This document shows, one piece after another, positions 48,791 to 58,300 of a stretch of 64,000 bases of DNA. The stretch covers positions 6,774 through 70,773 of the forward strand of contig JABMQJ010000020.1 in assembly GCA_013203315.1 (NCBI GenBank). The letters run 5' to 3'. The position numbers were made by a program, and so were the translations under genes. This stretch comes from Candidatus Omnitrophota bacterium (GTDB lineage: Bacteria; Omnitrophota; Gorgyraeia; JABMRN01; RBG-13-46-9). The notes under the pieces were generated by a model that saw only the letters and a program-made list of their open reading frames with translations, was not told the origin of the DNA and made no database searches. The stretch's first letter is position 1, and each line of letters opens with the position of its first letter.

Positions 48791-50260
48791 TTAAACCTTG
48801 CCTCTGCGATCTTCAAGCCTTCTGCGGTTTTCCTTGACTCTTTCTTTTGTCAGCTGTACGCGTGAAATAAAAATAATAGCAATAATCAAACCCGCGACCG
48901 GCAAAGCAGCTAAAGAGAAGCGTAGCCAGAATATGGTTTGAGGCGCCTGTATCTGAAGTTTCCAAGTAAAACCTGACCATCCTATAATGAAGCCAGAAAA
49001 TATAACTCCTAATGAATTTCCCAGTTTAAGCATATAAGAAGCACAGGCGGTAAAAGAACCTTCCCTTCTTTCCTGCGTTTTAAGTTCATCGTGGTCAATA
49101 ATGTCGGCGCCGATGGAACTATGCAGCATCCAGATAGAAGCCGCAGACATTCCCATCAAACCAGACGCGATCGTCTGGAGCCACTGGATTGCCGGCGTAT
49201 ACAGAAACCATGAACCACCGTAACCACATATGCCTACTAGACAGGCTACAATTAAAGCTCTTCGTTTGCCAATCCTATGTGACATAGCTCCATGGATTGG
49301 AACTCCTAAAAGGCCTCCCAGCATAAAAGCCACGCCCATCCATACCTGCCAATTATTTCCGACAATTTCGTTTCCGCCTGCTACATAAAAACGCGTTACA
49401 TAGTAACCAAGCGAACCCACCATGCTCGTGCCTAAAGTAAAAGCAATACCCACAACCATCATCTTGCGGAACGGCATGCATCTAAGGGTTTCACCTAAAC
49501 CAGCCAGAATGGAAATTTTCTCTTTAACCTTTACCACCACTTTATCATAGTAACGTTCTTTAACTCTGAAAAAAATGATTATGGCGAAAATAGCCATTAC
49601 AGCACCCAGTATCATTGTATACACCCGCATTGCCAGGAGAGTATTCTGTTTTCCTGTTCCCGGGATAAGAAACCAGGCCAGAGTAGTAAACTTAAAAGCA
49701 AAGAAATTGCCCAATTCTGAAATCTTTTGGGCGACGCTCCGATAGGACATGATAGAGGTGCGCTCTTCATAATCAGGCGACATTTCCGCGCCTAAACTGT
49801 AGTACGGTATGGTAAAAGCGCTGATTATGGGGATATAAATCATGTTGGAAAGTAAAATGTACCAAAACACCACGGATACGCCGAGGAATTTTATCCCCAC
49901 CCAGGCCGGCGACATCATAAACAAGATCGGCAGGCCTAGTCCACTTAAAATACCGGCGATTAAAATAAAAGGGCGCCTGCGGCCCCATTTGGAACGCAAG
50001 TTATCGGAGAGCCACCCCACCACAGGATCAATAAAGGCATCAAATATTCGGACTAATCCAACACCCAAGCCCACCAGCCATGGGTCAATACCTAAATACA
50101 AGTTAAACACCATATAAGCAACCCCCGCGTACAACCAGAGGCCCCACATATCAACTGCAGTACCGATACTGTAAGCCGCTTTGGTGAGGATAGGAAGCCG
50201 ATCTCGCGGAGCCCATCTCCTATCATATTTTCTTTTATCAGCAGGAATAGGTGTTTCCAT
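48791..50260 (-). CDS. MFS/GPH-family glycoside:cation symporter
   Basis: 489 aa, 12 TM. 'LSDNLRSKWGRRRPF' GPH signature between TM2 and TM3. Confidence 0.6.
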   Translation of the reverse strand: METPIPADKRKYDRRWAPRDRLPILTKAAYSIGTAVDMWGLWLYAGVAYMVFNLYLGIDPWLVGLGVGLVRIFDAFIDPVVGWLSDNLRSKWGRRRPFILIAGILSGLGLPILFMMSPAWVGIKFLGVSVVFWYILLSNMIYIPIISAFTIPYYSLGAEMSPDYEERTSIMSYRSVAQKISELGNFFAFKFTTLAWFLIPGTGKQNTLLAMRVYTMILGAVMAIFAIIIFFRVKERYYDKVVVKVKEKISILAGLGETLRCMPFRKMMVVGIAFTLGTSMVGSLGYYVTRFYVAGGNEIVGNNWQVWMGVAFMLGGLLGVPIHGAMSHRIGKRRALIVACLVGICGYGGSWFLYTPAIQWLQTIASGLMGMSAASIWMLHSSIGADIIDHDELKTQERREGSFTACASYMLKLGNSLGVIFSGFIIGWSGFTWKLQIQAPQTIFWLRFSLAALPVAGLIIAIIFISRVQLTKERVKENRRRLEDRRGKV

Positions 50261-50304
50261 TCGTTTTCTCCTTTTTGAAAATTTTGCCTTAAAAAATTCT
50301 CATA

Positions 50305-51288
50305 TTAGCGATTATAACATGCATCGATAAGACGCTCTACGCTTGTGGTAGCCACGCATTGAACGTTATCGGCGCCGCCGTAATAAAGTTTAACTTCGCC
50401 ATTATCTTCCACTACAGCGCCAGAGGTAAACACGACGCTCGGAGTTTGCCCCACAAGTTCATACATCTCCTCGGGAATCAAGATTGCGTCTTTAGCCATG
50501 GCCTTAACTTTTGCCGGATTCTCCAGATCCAAAAGACAGACACCCAATTGATAAACATAATGCGCTTTACATTGAATACGCACTCCGTGAAAAATATTAA
50601 GCCATCCTTCGGGTGTTTTAATAGGAGTGGCCCCTGGTCCGACCTTTGTCCAGGCCCAGTTAATCCCTTCCCAGTTCCTGAACACGCATTCACTCTTTCC
50701 CCAAAAGATCAAATCCGGGGAATAAGATACCCAGACATCCCCCGTAGGGTTTCCGGTATTGGGCCGGTCAAGGCGCGCGTAGAGTCCGTTGATTTTCTCA
50801 GGGAAAAGCACGCCATTTCGGTTATCTGGTTCAGAAATAAAGCCCATCCACTCGAATTTCTTAAAGTCATCTGTCTTCACCAGGCTGAGGCGACAGGTAT
50901 GGCCTGAGTGGCCGGCATGTACTATATAATATGTATCCCCGATTTTTGTTATGCGCGGATCATAATACATGCTCGAGGTATACTCCTTAAACATCGGATC
51001 ATCATGGGGCATAGGCACCGGTTTTGGCCGCGGTTTAAAATTAAACCCATCCTTGCTTTCGGCAATCCAAAAACGGTCAGACAAAGCGGAATTCTCCACC
51101 CGGCAAACCATTGTATAAATACCTTTGTATTTTATGATGCCGGAATTAAAAACATGCTTAATATCTGCCTCAGGGGGGAAATTCTTGCCTGTCAAGATAG
51201 GATTCCCCTCATACCGCTTGCATATAGGATACTTGCTTGTTTTCATGTCAAATTTCCTCTCTTTTTGTACATTGTTTTCATTGTGCAA
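50305..51288 (-). CDS. GH130-family beta-mannoside phosphorylase
   Basis: 327 aa, 5-bladed propeller family. 'YEGNPILT', 'VFNSG', 'DPRITKIGDTYYI' match GH130 conserved blocks. Confidence 0.55.
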   Translation of the reverse strand: MHNENNVQKERKFDMKTSKYPICKRYEGNPILTGKNFPPEADIKHVFNSGIIKYKGIYTMVCRVENSALSDRFWIAESKDGFNFKPRPKPVPMPHDDPMFKEYTSSMYYDPRITKIGDTYYIVHAGHSGHTCRLSLVKTDDFKKFEWMGFISEPDNRNGVLFPEKINGLYARLDRPNTGNPTGDVWVSYSPDLIFWGKSECVFRNWEGINWAWTKVGPGATPIKTPEGWLNIFHGVRIQCKAHYVYQLGVCLLDLENPAKVKAMAKDAILIPEEMYELVGQTPSVVFTSGAVVEDNGEVKLYYGGADNVQCVATTSVERLIDACYNR

Positions 51289-51342
51289 TAAATTGGAAGT
51301 ATAGCATTTTCAGAACTGCTTGTCAATAAAAGGTTTGACTTA

Positions 51343-52248
51343 CTAATACTCAACCTTCGTCTTTACGAACTTTATGTTGATTATCGTTATTATGAATACC
51401 ACTACGAATACGATATAACCCAATGCGGAGGCGTACCCCATCTTGAATTTCCTGAATCCCATATCGTAAAGATAGGCCACTACGGTGAGGGCGGAGTCGA
51501 GGACCCCACCTATCCCTAATTCCGACTGAGTCATGATATAGACTCTTTCGAACACCTGAAAGGACGTGATGAACCCTATTATGACCACAAAGACCGTGAA
51601 CGGCTTTAATAATGGAAGTGTTATGTGCCAGAACTTGTCGAAAACGTTGGCTCCGTCGATATCCGCGGCTTCGTAAACCGTCTTTGGAATGGTCTGAAGT
51701 CCGGCCAGGAAAAGTATCATATTGTAGCCTAGACTCGCCCATATGGACATTATCATTATTGCGGGAAGCGTCCAGACCGGGCTCATGAGCCAATCTACGG
51801 GTTGTAATCCTACCCGTATAAGGATGTGATTTATGAGGCCGTATTTCTCGCCGGCAAAAAGCCATTTCCATATTACCGATAATGCTATGACCGATGTTAC
51901 CGATGGTATGAAATATATGGCCCTGAAGAAATTTTTAAACCGTATCTGTTGATCGACTGCTATGGCCAAGAGAAGCGATAACGCAGTGCCCAGCGGTATG
52001 ACACCGAGGGTGTAAAGGCAAGTATTGCGGACGGACTTCCAGAACCTGGGGTCATTGAAGAATATGTTCTTGTAATTAGCGAGCCCCACCCATTTCGGGG
52101 CGTGTATAGCATCGTATTCTGTGAATGACCAGTAGAAGGAGGCTATGACCGGCCCGACGACAAAGATTAAGAATAGCAGGACTGCCGGCGCGATAAAGAT
52201 ATAGGACCACTTTGCTTCGTTTAATTTGGTAAAAAAGCCCTTCTTCAT
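51343..52248 (-). CDS. carbohydrate ABC transporter permease (MalF-like)
   Basis: 301 aa, 6 TM. EAA loop 'EAADIDGANVFDKFWHITLP'. Confidence 0.7.
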   Translation of the reverse strand: MKKGFFTKLNEAKWSYIFIAPAVLLFLIFVVGPVIASFYWSFTEYDAIHAPKWVGLANYKNIFFNDPRFWKSVRNTCLYTLGVIPLGTALSLLLAIAVDQQIRFKNFFRAIYFIPSVTSVIALSVIWKWLFAGEKYGLINHILIRVGLQPVDWLMSPVWTLPAIMIMSIWASLGYNMILFLAGLQTIPKTVYEAADIDGANVFDKFWHITLPLLKPFTVFVVIIGFITSFQVFERVYIMTQSELGIGGVLDSALTVVAYLYDMGFRKFKMGYASALGYIVFVVVFIITIINIKFVKTKVEY

Positions 52249-52348
52249 TCCCTAAACTGCCTCATCAGTAGGCGGAGTTTACCACAATATGCCTCTATCG
52301 TCAATAATAAAAGGGGTTCCTTATATCAAGTTTATAAGAAGGAAGGTA

Positions 52349-52358
52349 GGGGGGGGGG
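52349..52358. repeat. G10 homopolymer tract
   Basis: Ten consecutive G in the 114-nt spacer between the stop of the giant gene and the start of the downstream permease gene. Confidence 0.9.
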
Positions 52359-52362
52359 TAGA

Positions 52363-55300
52363 TTACAGCGAGCTCATGGTTTGGGATTCGCATCTGCGGA
52401 AGTCGCTCATAGCAGTGTCTGCGTCTTCGAGTTCGATGTCCGGTAGCACGAGTACGAAGGAGCCATTAAGTAGTTCGCTGAGTTTTTCGATGTCGGCCAG
52501 TTGCAATTCGGCTTTTAAGGAGTCGTAGTTTTTCCTGGTCAGTCGGTTAATGGATTCGATTATCGCGTTTACGGTAGCGCTTATGCTTCCCTCATCTCCG
52601 TTTCCTTGTTTTTTGAAGTCTATGAGTTTCGCCATTAAGAGTCCGATCTGCATCTGTGGCACAGCAGGCACATATTCGCCCTGTAGGGCGGCTATGTGCG
52701 CACCAAGTTCGCGTAATGACGCTAATCTGGCCTGGTATTCACTGGCATCTTTTCGTCTGTCGTCTTTTAATATCCACGTAAATACTGTTTCCTGCGGGTT
52801 TGCGGCTTTTATGCCTTCGATATCGGTTACAACCTTATCCATCCTTGCCATGTTCTCATCCGAAGTTGTCCCGTCGTCAACGTAAACAAGGAACTTTATC
52901 GGGCCGGATTCGTTCTCTATGTTCATCCACTTGGCCATGCGATTTCCGGAAGTCTTGAGTCTATTCGCGAAGCTATTGCACTCGCTTAAAACCGAAAACT
53001 TATCCGATTCCGACTTCACAGCCACGACTACAGTACATGGCGGTATCATGCCAACTGCCTCTACAGCTTTTTGGCCTTGCTTAATAGTTTCCTCGAGATG
53101 CTCACGGTCCATAGGTGGGGTAACCATTTTGGGTGCGAAACCATAATCTCCGGTGTCTACGCGAGGCGATTCTTCGACAGGTGCTTGTTTCACCGCGAAT
53201 TCGGGTGGACCAGGAGTAGTAGCTTTTTTCCTTTGATATTTATAAAATGTACACGCTTCAATATACTTACTAAGAGTTATTGGGACTGTTTTTGAATCAA
53301 TTATTTCTAAACCCTGAAGCGGAATTGCATTATCTGACCCTTGTCTTAAAATAACTAATTTTGCATCCTCTCTAAGCCCACGCTCAGGATGACTCATTAT
53401 GGCGTTTAGCTGGTCAAGGAATTCCTGTTTATTTTGGTCTGGCTCCGGATAATATAAATATACGATATCATATTCTGAGAAATCTACGTTAGCATTGAAT
53501 ATATCTTTGTGTTCAAAATGCACTCTATTTACGACTTCGGTTAAATTTGAGGCAACTTCCGGATCTAGAGTTCCGTCAAAGTTACGCGCGATCATGTTTA
53601 AAAACCACTGCCTAACGCTATTACTTACTAAGAACAAAGATTCTTCTACTTCCATGCCATCTACAGAAGCGCCGTACGAGGCCATCTTATACGCTGTTGA
53701 CCCATCGCCTGAGCCAAATTCAAAGACTTTTGTGCCATTTTTGATTTCGGCAAATTCTGCTAATTCATCAAATATCTCATTAAAAGTAATTTGAAATTTT
53801 CCATACTTAACATTTGTCAATTCGTCGATAGTTACATTATTGGTCCCGGGAATTTCCTGTGCCCATCCTAATTTTAAATATAATTCTATATAAAGGTCAT
53901 ATATGCATCTTTTTACTCTTTTTTGTACGGTTTCAGACTGATCAACCATGGGCGTTTTCTGTACATAATCTCCTCGCTTCAATGCTTCGCTGGTTAATGC
54001 ACCATATCTGTCCTCAAATGCTTGCTTCAGGTCATCGGAAATAGCGCGATTTGACATTAATAATCTTCCGAATTTTTTCAGCTTGTGCATATCACCCCTA
54101 GCTGGCTGGCTCGGATCAGCCATATCCGTCGGGCTCATCCAGAGGGCATCTACGATTGTTACAATGATGTGAGGGTAAGGATTGCCTATCACATGTTGTA
54201 CTAAGTTTTCCGCACTTGTAGCCGCATCCTGTGCATGTTCGGTAAGATCGCTTCTTCCGCCACCTTGAGGTGGGAGTGTCGGTTCCGCCGATTCCCGAAC
54301 CGCGGGTTGAGATGGTTCCGGTGCACTGGCTTCTCTATCAGGAAGCCCTACTTCTCCCTCTTCCTTCTTTTCCCATGTTAAAGTTATCCTGGTACCTTTT
54401 TCAACTACAGGATCAGGGGCATCAACGCGCTCTAATCTCAAAGTCGATTCTATCTCTTCGACTATCTCAAGTGAATATTCACCAAACCTTAAACATTTTC
54501 CTCTTTTGACCCATCTTTCGCCTCTTGTCTCAATGGTGACATTATCAGGGAATATAACAATGATTCGCAACCCATAACCCTCATCAGGCCTTTGAATTGT
54601 TCCATCATCCAGCCAGGCGCGATGTGTCTTATCGGTGTTTATGCTTTCTTGCAATAAGGCATCGGGATTTTCCATGCCGGGCCCTTCATCAATGCCTATA
54701 ACTTCAAGTTTTTTCGAACCCCCTGCATCTTCGGTATAGCGTACTTCGATATTGCCGCCCCCGCCATGCATTATAATATTAAATACCATTTCACCACAGG
54801 CATCTGTTATGTCCTTATTGTAAATACCGAGATTTATTGTATTTAAAAATTCATCCAATGCGTCTACAAAAGCTGTGCCCTGCAGTATCGCTCTTTCTCT
54901 ATCCGCTTCCTCGGTAAAGTGCCACGTAAATGCGGGTCCGCCTGCATCTAGTGGAGTAGGTTCGGGTTTTTTCGCCATCGAAAGTATGCCGGCACTGCGA
55001 AGCTGTGTTAGTAATGCCTCTGCTCTTGCTGTATTAGATTCACCGAGGTGCACGCTAATGGCCTGAATAGCTTCATCTCTTTCAATTCCACCATCTGCCC
55101 TATCCAACATCACAGCTGCTACTATATTACGCAATACCGGATCCTCCGGATAATTCTGCATGAATGTATCTAAAAGATCTCTTCTATCAGCGGGAAGTTG
55201 TGCGTAATAATCTTGTGCCGCCGCCAATTCCCGAGGCGCGGCTTCGTCTGGCTTTATTTCGCCCGGGCTATATTCAGTGGTGCCTTCCACTGTAAAGAAA

Positions 55301-58300
55301 CTGTGAAATCCTTCTTTTTCTTCTATCGGTTCAATTTTACCCAGTTCATGATCCGGGTGAAACCTTGTAATCGCAAGGATTACCCCGACATAATGCGTGT
55401 TATTGATTACAATTTCATAGCGCTCCCATTGTTTGTGCTCTCCTCTTTCTGGTTTGAAAAATGTGTCTATAGCCTGCTCTGCTGATGCCTGTTTTGGAAT
55501 CTTTATTTCGACAAGCCATTCTTCAGTTTTTCCTGTTTCATTTTCTCTGCTTATGACCATGTCTGCTTTTACGCTTGTCCTACTACTATCTAAGGGTCTT
55601 TTTGGATCACCAATGTCGACACGTACAGTTTTCTCAAATTCTTCTACGCGCGCTCCCGTATTTTCTAAGGCCGATGCAACCTTTAAAATATCCCTTAACT
55701 GCCTTCTATTTAATTTGTTGAAGCCTTTTATGCGCTGGTATCTATCAATAAGCGCTTGCATTTCTGCATCTACCGCCTCCGCCGATTCCCGATCCGCGGG
55801 TTGACCTGTCTCGGTATGCACCTCATCGACCGGCTCTCCTCTAAGCGCTCTCACGAATTGTTTTAAATCAGATTTAGGGTGTTTTTTGGAGAAGGAGAGG
55901 GCTAGATTTAATGCATCATCAAGCACTACAAGCCCCGTAACTACAATGGCTATTACTTTTGTATATAAAGGTGCCGCGAATAAAGGCATTTCAAAAAATA
56001 GGTCATGTGTTAAGAAGAGTGTTAGAAGCACTTGTATAAGCGTAATCGCATAAGGCGCTATTGCTACTAATGCCGGGTGCTTGAAGCTTTCTCCCTTTGT
56101 TGCTTTGTATACACCTTCGTTAAAATCGATTTCTCCTCTAAATCGATCAACCATTGCGTGCCTTGCTTCATGCCATGTCATTTGAAGCCAGGCAAGGAGT
56201 TTTCCTATAACCGGTATCTTCTGCCAGAAGCCACGGGTTAGGGTGGGTACTTCGCCCTCTGCCTCCGGTGCGGCGGAGTTTTTGAAAATAAAGTATATTC
56301 CTTCGGCAAATATAACGCCTGCGTCATTCTCAATTTCTTTTGATATTCTTTCTCTTTCAGAATCTTGCCATTCAGTTGGGCCTGCAGAAAATCTAAGCAT
56401 AATCACGCCATCCGGTAAAACCACTTTCCTGGCTATGTCCCGTATTCTTTTCATTCTCAGCTCAGTACTATATTCATAGCTGAAAATGCCGGTTGCTCTT
56501 AGTAAGCAAATTGAATTTGAAGGAATGTGCTCGCCAATCTCTTCGGCATCGATGTTGTATACGCTCACACGCTCTCTTAATTCAGGAAACATGTTCCATA
56601 CATAATTGCCTTCTTCAATGATGGCTTCTTGAGAATAATTCACAAGGTGGTACCGGGAGGCGTTGGGACATTGTTCTGCTATTTCATAGAACTCTGCTCC
56701 TGTGAAACCTAAAATAACTATTTCCCTGTCTCGCGTAAATTCATCCAGGTTGATGCCTGCGCTATTTAAAATGTTATTCTCTCTTTCTACAAACATGGGG
56801 AATGTGATACTTGGATAGAGCGGCTCGGATCCTCCGCGCAATGGCGTAACGAGAAGTTTTCTCCAGCCATCGTTATCCCACTTGAGACCTTCGGGTGGAA
56901 GATATTTTTCTAGCATGTCATCGGTTACAATAGCTACTTTTCTACGCAATCTTTCTCTTACTCTTGCCAATTCTTTTTCGTTTTCAGGTGTGGTGGGTTG
57001 CGGTTCTCCTGTTCGTGCCTCACCTGTTCTCATTCTGAAGAACGCGCGGTGGAAGTCGGAGCGGGAATTGAATGGGTTTAGATTTGCGATTTCTAAGATA
57101 AGGAAGGGGGACATTATTGCAGTAATGGTTGTCCATATGATTAGTGGGTCTATACCGAAGGAATGCATTATAAGGCCGGTAATAAGAGACGGGATACCAC
57201 CTACGCCAAGCACCCCAAGAGGGCCTGCCAAAGTTACGAGCCTCGGGTGCCTGAAACCAGCCCCATGCTTAAGTTCTTCTTTTAGTTGTTCAACTGTATA
57301 ATTTCGGTAATCACGGTAATCAAAGCCCATTAAGAAAGTCCTATATTCTCCACTGAGTCCCTCTACATTGCGCACGGCCCTGGTAAGGTCTCCCTTGTCC
57401 ATTCCTTCGGTAATAGGAATATTATCGATGATGAATGCATCTCTGGTTAGATATTTACCGCCTATGACATAACCGTCTTCATCGCGTAATACAATCACCT
57501 CTCCGTCTCCTCTTCCTGTTATCCAGTCCATAAACCAGTGACTGTTCTCATGTATACGAACTATTCTCTCTGCTAAGCGGTTACTTATGCGGTGGCTTAT
57601 GAAGCGCAGCATGGCATTGGGTAGGGTGTGGACAGCGGCGGGGGAAGGCTTATCGGATCCGCCAAGAAGTTCTTTAATACTTTCGGGGATTTCTATTTCA
57701 ATATCTGGTTTTTGAATGTCGTTCGGGATTTTAGGCTTACCGTAGAACCTAACCTCTTCAGCGTCAGACCTCTGGGCTACACCTAGACATTGGCCGAGGT
57801 TATCATATAGATAGCCTTTTCTTATTTCTAATGTACTGCCTATTGAAGGTACGCTAGAATCTGTATCTGTGACCCTATATTTATTTCTTGAGTCTTTTAT
57901 GTATTCAAGTGTGCACTGTCCGGTTATGTTCTTAGAATCATCTAAGATTGCCACTGTTCCACAAATGTCTTTGTCATATATACCAACATTATCAGATTCT
58001 TGCGTACTATGTGACTTGCCGTCTATTTCTACATTATCAGCAAAATATTTTCTAAAAACATGCAATTCGAACAACCTAGGAGTTGACTTGGTAATTTCGT
58101 CTATATTAAGTGCGACACCAAGCGTAGAGAGCCAGTACAAGCATGTTTGGCTAATACCTTTATTTTGATGCGCCTCCCAGACAGGCGAACCAAATGGTCC
58201 AATAGGATAATATTGACGTAGTTCTATCTTCTTAGCGCGGGAATTGTCCAATCCAATCTTAAAGCTGAACCGGCCTACAGGCTGTGCTTCACCCCTAATC

